A DNA stretch of 64,000 nucleotides from a virus (IMGVR_UViG_3300030098_005649); one strand, 5' to 3'; shown: positions 51,421 to 60,153, counted from the first letter of the stretch. Program-made: numbers and translations. Notes: generated from the sequence alone by a model not told the origin.

Positions 51421-51450
51421 AATTTCAAAACAACAATAGGAGTGATTACT

Positions 51451-54204
51451 ATGAACTATCGTAATCTAATCTCTATTCTTGCAATATCAGTAGGACTTGT
51501 TTATGGACAAGCCGTTACTGGTTTTGTTGGGGATGGAGAAAAACCACTTGTTGGAGCGAATGTAATCGTTGAGGGTACAGAACTCGGTGGAGTAACAGAC
51601 GAAAGTGGAAAATTCGTCATCGAAACTGGATCTGGTACTTTTGACATTACTGCTTCATACATCGGTTATGTTGCCAAAACTCAATCAGTTGAGATTGGTG
51701 ATATAGTTGGAAGTGTCAGTTTTGACTTAGAAACTGATGTGGTTGCTCTCACAGCACTTGAAGTTCTTGCTTCTCGTGCAGATGAGACTACACCTGTTGC
51801 TTATACTACGGTTAGTAAAGAAGAAATGGAAGTTCGTCTTGGTTCACAAGATATTCCAATGATTCTAAACACAACACCAAGTGTATATGCAACTCAACAA
51901 GGTGGAGGTGCGGGAGATGCCCGTATTAATGTTCGTGGATTCAACCAACGAAATGTCGCAGTAATGATAAACGGAGTTCCCCAAAACGATATGGAGAACG
52001 GATGGGTTTATTGGTCTAATTGGGATGGAGTAGGAGATGCTACTTCCTCAATTCAGATGCAACGAGGTCTATCAGCCGTGAATCTTGCTACACCATCAAT
52101 TGGTGGAACGATGAACATTATCACCGACCCAGCTGCTCACGAAAAAGGTGGGAAGTTCAAACAAGAAGTCGGTGAGGGTGGATTTCTAAAATCTACCTTG
52201 AATTATAACTCAGGTCTAATAAATGATAAGTTGGCAATTAGTGGTACAATTGTTCGTAAAACTGGTGACGGTTTGATTGACGGTACTTGGACAGATGCTT
52301 GGGCTTATTATTTAGGTACATCATATGCTGTATCAGATAAACAGAGATTCGAGTTATATGCAATCGGTGCTCCACAAAGACACGGACAGAACCTATACAA
52401 ACAGAACATAGCTACTTATTCTCAAGAGTTGGCTGGAAGTATCGATGGATACAATGATTCAGCTTATGTTGAGGGAGAGAAGTTTGAAACTGAAGCTGGT
52501 AGGTTCTTCAATCAGAATTGGGCACCTGTAGACCCATCATACAAAGGCCAACAATATTGGTATATGTATGGTGCGAGAACTACAGACAGGTACAATCCAA
52601 ATCTGTTGAATGAAAGAGAAAACTTCTTTCATAAACCACTTGTAAATCTAAACCATTTCTATGATATAAATGATGATATGAGATTATCTTCAGTATTATA
52701 TTGGAGTGGTGGTTCAGGTGGTGGTACTGGTACTTATGGAAGTGTCAGTAGAAAACCTGCAGTCGAAGGAGAACCTTGGTATGCAAGTTCACCTTGGATG
52801 TGGGATTGGAATGCTGAGATTGAACAGAACTCATCTAATGTAGATTCTGCTTGGTCTGATGTTGAAAATCGTTCAACAGGTATTCTTCGTAACTCAATCA
52901 ATCGTCAGAACACATATGGTTTGATTTCTAAATTGAACTATGATGTATCAGACGAACTTGAAGTTCAAGTTGGTATCGATTGGAGAACTGCTGGTATTGA
53001 ACACGCTCGTGAGGTTCGTGATTTATTAGGTGGAGACTACTATGTAAATTTCGCCGATGATAACGCACCTGATGGTAAAGTAGTTCGTTTAGGTGATATT
53101 ATCGCCTATCACAACGAAACAACTGTAAATTGGTTTGGTGCTTTCTTACAAGGTAGTTATACTGGTGAGAAACTAAACCTTTATGGTATGGGTGGTGTAT
53201 CCACTATTGGATATACTTACGAAGACCATTTTGCTCTAAATGTAGATGAAGATGGAAACAAAATTGATAATTTTGTTGAAGCTCCATCTATCACAACCTT
53301 TCAAGTAAAGGGTGGTGCTAGATATAATCTTGACGACAGATTATCAGCATTTGCTAATTTAGGGTATGTTCAAAAACCACCAATCTTAGATAATGTGATT
53401 GACTATGATGGAAATGTATCTACAAATCCAGATAATGAGAAATTCATATCTAATGAAATCGGTGGAGAATACAGAAGTGATAAAGTTGCTATCAAGGGTA
53501 GTTATTATAACACTCAATGGAAAGATAGAAACCTTACAAAATCTGTAACAACAGGACAAGGTGATTCAGGTGACACAGACATCATTTATCTAACTGGTGT
53601 AGACCAAAGTCATAGTGGTTTCGAGATAGAGTCTAAAGTTGCTCTACACGAAATGGTAGACTTAGATGTCGCTGTTAGTATCGGAGATTGGTACTTTGAC
53701 GGAGATGCTAAAGGTGACTATACTTCAATGGAATACAATGAAAATAATGAGATTATCGGACAAACATCTACTGAGTATGAATATGCTCTCGCTAATCTAA
53801 AAGTTGGTGATATGCCACAAACATCTTATGTTGGTGGACTTACAGTAAAACCAATTAAAGGTTTGAGTGTACAAGGTCTTTATAGATGGTACGACAATCA
53901 CTATGCTGATTGGAGTCCTGATTCTCGTGAGGTTGAAGGTGATGCAGATAGAGAACAAGTATGGAAAACTCCATCTTATGGTAAGTTAGACTTACATCTA
54001 TCTTATAAATTACCTGAAATTGCAGGTCTTGATATGACTATTCACGGTCATTTATTCAATGCACTTGATGAGGTATTTATTCAAGATGCAGTAGACAATA
54101 GTAAATACAATGGGTATGGTGATAAACTTCACTTAGCTCATAATGCCGAAGTATTTCTTGGAACACCAAGAAGTTTCAACTTAGGACTATCTGTCAATTT
54201 CTAA
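51451..54204 (+). CDS. TonB-dependent outer-membrane receptor with N-terminal carboxypeptidase-regulatory-like domain
   Basis: Signal peptide, PLVGANVIVEGT...TDESGKF...ASYIGY, plug domain (RINVRGF, VMINGVPQND), a long beta-barrel and a terminal Phe (LSVNF). ATG 51451 has SD AGGAG. Confidence 0.93.
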   Translation: MNYRNLISILAISVGLVYGQAVTGFVGDGEKPLVGANVIVEGTELGGVTDESGKFVIETGSGTFDITASYIGYVAKTQSVEIGDIVGSVSFDLETDVVALTALEVLASRADETTPVAYTTVSKEEMEVRLGSQDIPMILNTTPSVYATQQGGGAGDARINVRGFNQRNVAVMINGVPQNDMENGWVYWSNWDGVGDATSSIQMQRGLSAVNLATPSIGGTMNIITDPAAHEKGGKFKQEVGEGGFLKSTLNYNSGLINDKLAISGTIVRKTGDGLIDGTWTDAWAYYLGTSYAVSDKQRFELYAIGAPQRHGQNLYKQNIATYSQELAGSIDGYNDSAYVEGEKFETEAGRFFNQNWAPVDPSYKGQQYWYMYGARTTDRYNPNLLNERENFFHKPLVNLNHFYDINDDMRLSSVLYWSGGSGGGTGTYGSVSRKPAVEGEPWYASSPWMWDWNAEIEQNSSNVDSAWSDVENRSTGILRNSINRQNTYGLISKLNYDVSDELEVQVGIDWRTAGIEHAREVRDLLGGDYYVNFADDNAPDGKVVRLGDIIAYHNETTVNWFGAFLQGSYTGEKLNLYGMGGVSTIGYTYEDHFALNVDEDGNKIDNFVEAPSITTFQVKGGARYNLDDRLSAFANLGYVQKPPILDNVIDYDGNVSTNPDNEKFISNEIGGEYRSDKVAIKGSYYNTQWKDRNLTKSVTTGQGDSGDTDIIYLTGVDQSHSGFEIESKVALHEMVDLDVAVSIGDWYFDGDAKGDYTSMEYNENNEIIGQTSTEYEYALANLKVGDMPQTSYVGGLTVKPIKGLSVQGLYRWYDNHYADWSPDSREVEGDADREQVWKTPSYGKLDLHLSYKLPEIAGLDMTIHGHLFNALDEVFIQDAVDNSKYNGYGDKLHLAHNAEVFLGTPRSFNLGLSVNF

Positions 54205-54211
54205 AGTAATA

Positions 54212-54238
54212 AATTGGGGGGAATTTTTCCCCCCAATT
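54212..54238. terminator. Strong hairpin (probable terminator) after the TBDR gene
   Basis: AATTGGGGGGAA-ttt-TTCCCCCCAATT, a 12-bp stem. Confidence 0.75.
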
Positions 54239-54256
54239 ATTGTAAAGGTACAAACA

Positions 54257-54757
54257 TTGAAAAAGTTATTATTTTTGTTATTATTATTTTGTTGTGATGA
54301 TAGAGTAGAAGACCCGACTAAATCTAATATTATCGTGACGATGTTACGAGTAGATAGAATTGAAATACTTGATTGGTTATGGATAACACCTGCTCCAATT
54401 TGGGGTCACTTAGAATCAGAAGATAGTATACCTCTTGAAAGAATGGTTGTACATTGGTGGAGTAATCTGTATTGGGACGAGGATGATTCAAGTGGTCATT
54501 ATAGATTACTACCCAACAGAAGAAACAAAGCAATATGGTATGATAACTTTGGAAACAGAGATACTATGGATGTAGATGTAGACACACTAAGATGGACTAC
54601 AGACAGATACTCTGAAGTAGATAGTTTAGGATATTTTTTTAATACACTAAGACCTACAAGAGTAATGCAAAATAAGGGTAGTGGTAGTTGGATGAAATTG
54701 TATTGGAGTATTGAAAATACACTAATAGATTCACAAGAAATATTTCTAATGGATTGA
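54257..54757 (+). CDS. Hypothetical secreted or lipoprotein
   Basis: TTG start. MKKLLFLLLLFCCDD resembles a signal peptide ending in Cys. Confidence 0.5.
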   Translation: MKKLLFLLLLFCCDDRVEDPTKSNIIVTMLRVDRIEILDWLWITPAPIWGHLESEDSIPLERMVVHWWSNLYWDEDDSSGHYRLLPNRRNKAIWYDNFGNRDTMDVDVDTLRWTTDRYSEVDSLGYFFNTLRPTRVMQNKGSGSWMKLYWSIENTLIDSQEIFLMD

Positions 54758-54787
54758 AAAAAAAATAAAAAAAGTTGTAAAAAGTGC

Positions 54788-54816
54788 TTGTATTTGTCAT
54801 TTTTTCTTTGTAACTT
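54788..54816 (+). promoter_or_regulatory. Sigma70-like (early) promoter
   Basis: TTGTAT-N17-TAACTT in an intergenic gap. Confidence 0.5.
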
Positions 54817-54842
54817 ATGGTATGATAAATAAGGAAAAAACA

Positions 54843-55199
54843 ATGAATACAAGAAAACATCTAAAAGAAGGTACTTACACTTATTGGGTAAATAAAAGAA
54901 GTGGTACTATCCAGCATGTGGGAGTTGAATACAATAAGTATTTCAAGAACTTCAAATTGACTATGAGTACTGTAAATTTACCATACGAAAGAATGTATTT
55001 CACAAAAGGTAGTGATATGAATGGTGTGGATAGATTCTTGAAAAACTATGAGTTTATTTGTGAGAATCCAGACAATGATTTTTTTGTAAATGTCTTGGCT
55101 AACAAGAAACTAAAGAGTGAGTTTACTTGGGGTAGAAAAACCAATGGTAGACTTGGTATCACTAAAGATGAATATTTTTCAAAACTAAACATAAAATAA
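54843..55199 (+). CDS. Hypothetical protein
   Basis: The ORF track starts at 54822. ATG 54843 has AAGGA upstream. Confidence 0.6.
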   Translation: MNTRKHLKEGTYTYWVNKRSGTIQHVGVEYNKYFKNFKLTMSTVNLPYERMYFTKGSDMNGVDRFLKNYEFICENPDNDFFVNVLANKKLKSEFTWGRKTNGRLGITKDEYFSKLNIK

Positions 55200-55211
55200 A
55201 AGGAGTCTATT

Positions 55212-55331
55212 ATGTATAGAAGTGAATGTTGTGGTGGAATGGTCTATGATGACTATGACATCTGTTCAGATTGTTACGAACACTGCGAAGTGTGGTTTGA
55301 TGGTGATGAAGAAGACGAAGACGAATCGTAA
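55212..55331 (+). CDS. Tiny Cys-rich acidic protein (39 aa, absent from the ORF track)
   Basis: SD AGGAG at 55201. MYRSECCGGMVYDDYDICSDCYEHCEVWFDGDEEDEDES*. Confidence 0.65.
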   Translation: MYRSECCGGMVYDDYDICSDCYEHCEVWFDGDEEDEDES

Positions 55332-55425
55332 ATGTAAACAATGTAAAACAGAGTTAGATGGGATAATGATTTTTTATCCTGAACTCTGTTTATTTTGTGT
55401 TATAAAAAAAGAAAATAATGCTTGA
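55306..55425 (+). CDS. Possible tiny zinc-ribbon protein (39 aa)
   Basis: MKKTKTNRKCKQCKTELDGIMIFYPELCLFCVIKKENNA*, with two CxxC motifs. Confidence 0.4.
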   Translation: MKKTKTNRKCKQCKTELDGIMIFYPELCLFCVIKKENNA

Positions 55426-55451
55426 CACATATAGTAAAAGTTGTGTATATT
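55422..55451 (+). promoter_or_regulatory. Sigma70-like (early) promoter upstream of the nuclease-methyltransferase pair
   Basis: TTGACA-N18-TATATT with TG preceding the -10. Confidence 0.65.
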
Positions 55452-55483
55452 ATACTATGAATAATAAAGGAAAAACAAACAAA

Positions 55484-56080
55484 ATGAAGACAACAACTAA
55501 CAATCTAATAAACAATTTTTCTTATGAAGACTTGGCTCACGCTTTATATCTAAAAGGTGAGAGGGATGGTGTTCATAAAATTACAGACAAAACTCAATGG
55601 AGAGAGTTTGTTATCGCTGACAAATTAGGTCATAAGGCTTTTGATAAGATTTCTGCTGGTAAAGGTAGTGATAAATATGGTGCAGATGCTTATGAGGCTA
55701 ATGGACAAACTGCAGAATATAAGAGTAAGTCTATCAATGACAAAGAGGTTCGTAACCTTACTCGTCAAGTTAGAAACCATAATACAGGTTTGAGATTTTC
55801 AGCACTCAAAGTTCCTGGTGTTTACAATGGGGCATATACACAAGATGCAATTGATGCTTATTCTAAACATAATCACTATTTTGGTGTGTTTTGGAAAGAG
55901 AGATGTGTTTTGATTATCAAACCAACTACTGATTATGTTATCAGTACACTTACTGAAAACAACAACAATCGTAAAGATGGGGCGACAACAAACCTAAATA
56001 GTGTTGTTGTGAACTTAGACGATGTTTCTAATTATGAAATTGCTTACAAAGACAATGATTGGTTCGAGGAGAATGAATGA
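55484..56080 (+). CDS. Putative type II restriction endonuclease (PD-(D/E)xK, PvuII-like)
   Basis: GADAYEANGQTAEYKSKSIN parallels the PvuII catalytic segment GNDAVDNAGQEYELKSIN (recalled from memory). It overlaps the downstream methyltransferase start (ATGA). Confidence 0.55.
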   Translation: MKTTTNNLINNFSYEDLAHALYLKGERDGVHKITDKTQWREFVIADKLGHKAFDKISAGKGSDKYGADAYEANGQTAEYKSKSINDKEVRNLTRQVRNHNTGLRFSALKVPGVYNGAYTQDAIDAYSKHNHYFGVFWKERCVLIIKPTTDYVISTLTENNNNRKDGATTNLNSVVVNLDDVSNYEIAYKDNDWFEENE

Positions 56081-56841
56081 AAAGTTATGCTATAGTAAAT
56101 GAGGATTGTTTAGACTTACTAAGAGGTCTTGATGATAATTCTGTTGATTTGGTTCTAACAGACCCACCATACTATATTGGATATGATGGTGGTAAGGGTT
56201 GGGACTCGGCTTGGGACACAGAACAAGATTATTTAGATTGGTGTAAGTTATGGACAGCGGAATGTGTTAGGGTATTGAAACCAAATAGATGTATGTATGT
56301 TTGGGGTACTACCAAAACAGATACATTCTTGAGATATAAATTAGATGTTCTCAACTCTTTTGATGATATTTATTATCAGAGTTGGATAATATGGTCGTAT
56401 GATTGGGGTGGTAGAACAAAGAAAAACTTTGCCAGAAAACACGAGGATTTATTGATGTATTCTAAAGGTAAAGAATTTATGTTCAACAAAGATGATGTTA
56501 GAATACCATATATTTTGAAAAAGAGTGTTAGAAAAGGTAAAGAACTAAATCCACTTGGTAAAATACCAACGGATGTTTGGCCAAAGAATAATCATACCAC
56601 ATCAAAAGAATATGCTGGATGGCATCCAACTCAGAAACCACTTGAGTTATTAGAAAGAATTATCAAGGCTCACACAAATAAAGGTGATGTTGTTTTGGAT
56701 TGTTTTAGTGGTAGTGGTAGTACTGCAATTGCATCCATAAATACCAACAGAGAATTTATTGGTTGTGAGTTAGATGAGGAATATTTTACAAAATCAATGG
56801 AAAGAATAAACGAACTAACAGGTGTAAATAGGTTTATATAA
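56077..56841 (+). CDS. Beta-class amino (N6-A/N4-C) DNA methyltransferase
   Basis: Motif IV LTDPPY near the N-terminus. HPTQKPLELLERII and motif I VLDCFSGSGST near the C-terminus. Confidence 0.92.
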   Translation: MKSYAIVNEDCLDLLRGLDDNSVDLVLTDPPYYIGYDGGKGWDSAWDTEQDYLDWCKLWTAECVRVLKPNRCMYVWGTTKTDTFLRYKLDVLNSFDDIYYQSWIIWSYDWGGRTKKNFARKHEDLLMYSKGKEFMFNKDDVRIPYILKKSVRKGKELNPLGKIPTDVWPKNNHTTSKEYAGWHPTQKPLELLERIIKAHTNKGDVVLDCFSGSGSTAIASINTNREFIGCELDEEYFTKSMERINELTGVNRFI

Positions 56842-59364
56842 ATGTATCAGGCAATTCATTACGACCATTTCAAAAAGAAAATACATCTTTGGGATGATAA
56901 GGCTGGTTACCAAGTCATACCATTCAAAAAATATGCGTATACTAAATCACCTGGTGGTCAATATGTTTCACTATATGGTGATAGACTAAAGAAGATACAC
57001 GATTGGGATCCTAAAGAAAAAGGTCTGTTTGAGTCTGATGTACAACCCGTAGTTAGATTTTTAGTAGACCAATATACAGATAGTGATGAAGTATCTGATG
57101 GTCACAGAGTAATGATTATGGATATCGAGTGTGAAATCGTAGATGGATTTCCTGATGTTCAGAATCCAAAAGAACAGATAACTTCTATTGCGATTTATGA
57201 TTCTATTACCGACCACTATACTGCTTTTGTACTCGATCCTGAAAATAAATTTGAACTACCATCTGATGATGTAGGTAACAGAGTAAAAGAAGAAGATGGA
57301 CAAACGATTGAAACATTCAAAACAGAGTTTCAATTATTGACAAGATTTTACCTAAAATATATGGAAATCCAACCAACAATAATTACTGGCTGGAATATAG
57401 AGTTTTTCGATATTCCTTTTCTCTATAATCGGTCAGTTCAAGTGGTTGGTGCTGATGTGGCCAATTTACTATCACCAATTAGAGAAGTAAATTGGTCTAC
57501 ATTCAGAGAAAGATATACAATTGCAGGTGTGAACATTTTAGACTATCTCGCACTCTACAAGAACTTTAGATTTACGATGCAATCAAGTTACAGATTAGAC
57601 CATATTGGTGAGGTTGAGGTTGGTACGAATAAAATAGAATATGATGGTACATTGAACGATTTATATGAAAATGACTTAGAGAAATTTGTAGAATATAACA
57701 TACACGATGTTAGGATTGTGAAGAAACTCGATGATAAATTAGATTTTATTGATATTGCTCGTGGTGTGGCTCATCTTGGGCATGTACCTTATGAAGATGT
57801 ATTTATGAGTTCACGATATCTTGAGGGTGCGATTTTAGTCTATCTGAAAAAGGTTGGAATGGTTGCACCAGATAAACCACCAAGACCAAAACAATTGAGT
57901 GGTGATAAGTTCGCAGGTGCTTATGTACAAGAACCACAATCTGGTAAACATAGTTGGGTATATGATTTGGATATTACGAGTATGTATCCGAGTGTAATTC
58001 GTTCATTGAATATTTCACCTGAAACTAAACTTGGTAAGGTTATTGGTTGGGATCCTGAAGAGTATTTACAAAAAGATTTGAAAAAGACTTATACTATTGA
58101 GATGAAAGGTAAGGAACAAGGTAAAGTAACTAATGACCAACTCGAACAATACTTCAATGATAATCAAGTCAGTATATCTTCTTGTGGAGTATTGTATAGA
58201 ACTGATAAGAAAGGTTTGATTCCATCACTATTGACTAAGTGGTTCAATGAAAGGGTAGAGTTCAGAAAGTTGGCTAAGAAGTTTGCTGAAGAGGGTAACG
58301 ATGAACAACATCAGTATTTTGATAGAAGACAATACCTACAGAAGATTATTCTAAACTCATTATATGGTGTATTGGGTTTACCTGTATTTAGATTCTATGA
58401 CTTAGATAATGCAGAATCAACAACATTGACAGGTCAATCACTAATCAAATTCACTAAGAAAATGGGTAACTACTTTTACAACAGAGAGTTGGGTGATGAC
58501 AAAGACTATTGTATTTACATTGATACTGATTCAGTATTTTATTCTGCAGTTCCATTGGTAGAGAAGAGATTTCCGAATGAAAAATTATCTGATGTGATGA
58601 TGTCAAAAAAGATTCTTGATATTGCATCAGAGGTACAAACATTCTTGAACAATTCATATAATTATTTTGCCAAAAGATTCAATCGTATAGATGAACACCA
58701 TTACGAGATAAAACAAGAGGTTATTGCAAAGAGTGGATTATTCATTACCAAGAAAAGATATGGTATGAAAATTATCAATGATGCTGGAGTAAAGGTAAAC
58801 AAAGTGCATGTCAAGGGTTTGGATACCGTTAGAAGTTCGTTTGCAATAGCGATGAAAGAATTACTATCGAGTGTGTTGGAAGATATCTTGGCGGATGTAC
58901 CAAAAGAAAAGATAGATGAGAGAATTGTAAACTTTAGAAATTCAATGGAGTTGATGGACTTTGATAGAATCTCATCACCAGTTGGGGTAAAGAATATATC
59001 AAAATACATATCACCATCTGATGGTATGTTTACTGATTTCAAAAAAGGTGCACCAGTGCATGTCAAGGCTGCTATAAATCACAATGACTTACTGAAGTAT
59101 TACAAACAAGATAAGAAATATGAATTCATCAAGAATGGTAGTAAGATAAAGTGGGTGTATCTAAAAGAAAATAATTTAGGTATGGATGTGTTGGCCTACA
59201 AAGGTTATGAGGATCCACCTGAGATAATCAAATTCATAAAAGAGAATATACACCATAAGAAAATCTACGACCAGGCGTTATATAAAAAGATTATGATGTT
59301 TTATCAGGCTATGAATTGGGATGAACCAACACTAAAAAAAGATACCATTGAAAGATTTTTTTGA
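56842..59364 (+). CDS. Family-B DNA polymerase (T4 gp43-like)
   Basis: Exo I MDIECE, Exo II GWNIEFFDIPFL, motif A DLDITSMYPS, motif B QKIILNSLYG and motif C YIDTDS. Confidence 0.96.
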   Translation: MYQAIHYDHFKKKIHLWDDKAGYQVIPFKKYAYTKSPGGQYVSLYGDRLKKIHDWDPKEKGLFESDVQPVVRFLVDQYTDSDEVSDGHRVMIMDIECEIVDGFPDVQNPKEQITSIAIYDSITDHYTAFVLDPENKFELPSDDVGNRVKEEDGQTIETFKTEFQLLTRFYLKYMEIQPTIITGWNIEFFDIPFLYNRSVQVVGADVANLLSPIREVNWSTFRERYTIAGVNILDYLALYKNFRFTMQSSYRLDHIGEVEVGTNKIEYDGTLNDLYENDLEKFVEYNIHDVRIVKKLDDKLDFIDIARGVAHLGHVPYEDVFMSSRYLEGAILVYLKKVGMVAPDKPPRPKQLSGDKFAGAYVQEPQSGKHSWVYDLDITSMYPSVIRSLNISPETKLGKVIGWDPEEYLQKDLKKTYTIEMKGKEQGKVTNDQLEQYFNDNQVSISSCGVLYRTDKKGLIPSLLTKWFNERVEFRKLAKKFAEEGNDEQHQYFDRRQYLQKIILNSLYGVLGLPVFRFYDLDNAESTTLTGQSLIKFTKKMGNYFYNRELGDDKDYCIYIDTDSVFYSAVPLVEKRFPNEKLSDVMMSKKILDIASEVQTFLNNSYNYFAKRFNRIDEHHYEIKQEVIAKSGLFITKKRYGMKIINDAGVKVNKVHVKGLDTVRSSFAIAMKELLSSVLEDILADVPKEKIDERIVNFRNSMELMDFDRISSPVGVKNISKYISPSDGMFTDFKKGAPVHVKAAINHNDLLKYYKQDKKYEFIKNGSKIKWVYLKENNLGMDVLAYKGYEDPPEIIKFIKENIHHKKIYDQALYKKIMMFYQAMNWDEPTLKKDTIERFF

Positions 59365-59427
59365 TTGTTTGAGAATAATAAACAATATATATAAATATAC
59401 TAAAACTATAATAGGAGAAAAACGGTT

Positions 59428-60153
59428 ATGAATAAAGATGTATTGACTCGTTTCATTTCAAAATACCATTTGAGTGGTAACATAAATACTGCCATTTGGA
59501 GAAACAACGATAGTACTCTATCAACACGATTCATTTCAGGTGATAAATCATTACTTGGAAATGTTAGTTTGGATGAGTTTGATGTTGAAGATTTTGAAAT
59601 GGGAGTATATAATACAAACCAATTATCATCATTGCTTGGTGTAGTTGGTAATGATATCAATCTTGATATACTAAGGTCAGAAGATAAATGTATTTCACTA
59701 AAAGTGAAAGATGATACTTCTTCTGTAAACTATATGTTATCTGATTTGTCAGTAATAAACAGACCACCAGACTTGAAGAATGTTCCTGATTTTACATTGA
59801 CACTTGACATTGATTCTAATTTTATCAATAAATTTATCAATGGTAAATCTGCATTACCAGATACAGAAACATTCACTATATTGACAGATGAAAGTGATAG
59901 TGGTGCAAAAGTTGTTATTGGTTGGAGTGAAATAAACTCTAATAGAGTTGAACTACCAGTAAATGTAACTGAGTTTGACAAGTTAGACAATATCTCATTC
60001 AATGCAAATCTATTCAAAGATGTATTGGTTGCAAACAAAGAGTGTGGTAATGCAAGATTGAGAGTTTCAAAAGATGGACTTGCACATATCAAATTCCAAG
60101 TTGATAAGTATGTTTCTGAGTATTTTCTTGTTGCATCCGCAAATAAGAGATAA
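59428..60153 (+). CDS. Sliding clamp (T4 gp45-like)
   Basis: 241 aa after the polymerase, with SD AGGAG. Acidic beta-rich sequence (EMGVYNTNQL, ISFNANLFKDVL, SEYFLVA) upstream of the clamp loader. Confidence 0.7.
   Translation: MNKDVLTRFISKYHLSGNINTAIWRNNDSTLSTRFISGDKSLLGNVSLDEFDVEDFEMGVYNTNQLSSLLGVVGNDINLDILRSEDKCISLKVKDDTSSVNYMLSDLSVINRPPDLKNVPDFTLTLDIDSNFINKFINGKSALPDTETFTILTDESDSGAKVVIGWSEINSNRVELPVNVTEFDKLDNISFNANLFKDVLVANKECGNARLRVSKDGLAHIKFQVDKYVSEYFLVASANKR

Noticed and set aside
51371-51450. Cobalamin or preQ1 riboswitch assignment for the TBDR leader
   Set aside because: The spacer is too short for a cobalamin riboswitch and lacks a B12-box. The loop sequence does not match the preQ1-I consensus, so only the topology is reported.
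55222-55305. ORF-track start at 55222
   Set aside because: An overlapping frame starting at ATG 55212 has a perfect SD and a coherent Cys pattern. The 55222 frame looks protein-like only from ATG 55306.
45669-59364. Inteins or introns in RecA, helicase, NrdJ and PolB
   Set aside because: The proteins are of ordinary length with contiguous motifs. No Cys/Ser...His-Asn splice junctions or LAGLIDADG inserts were seen.
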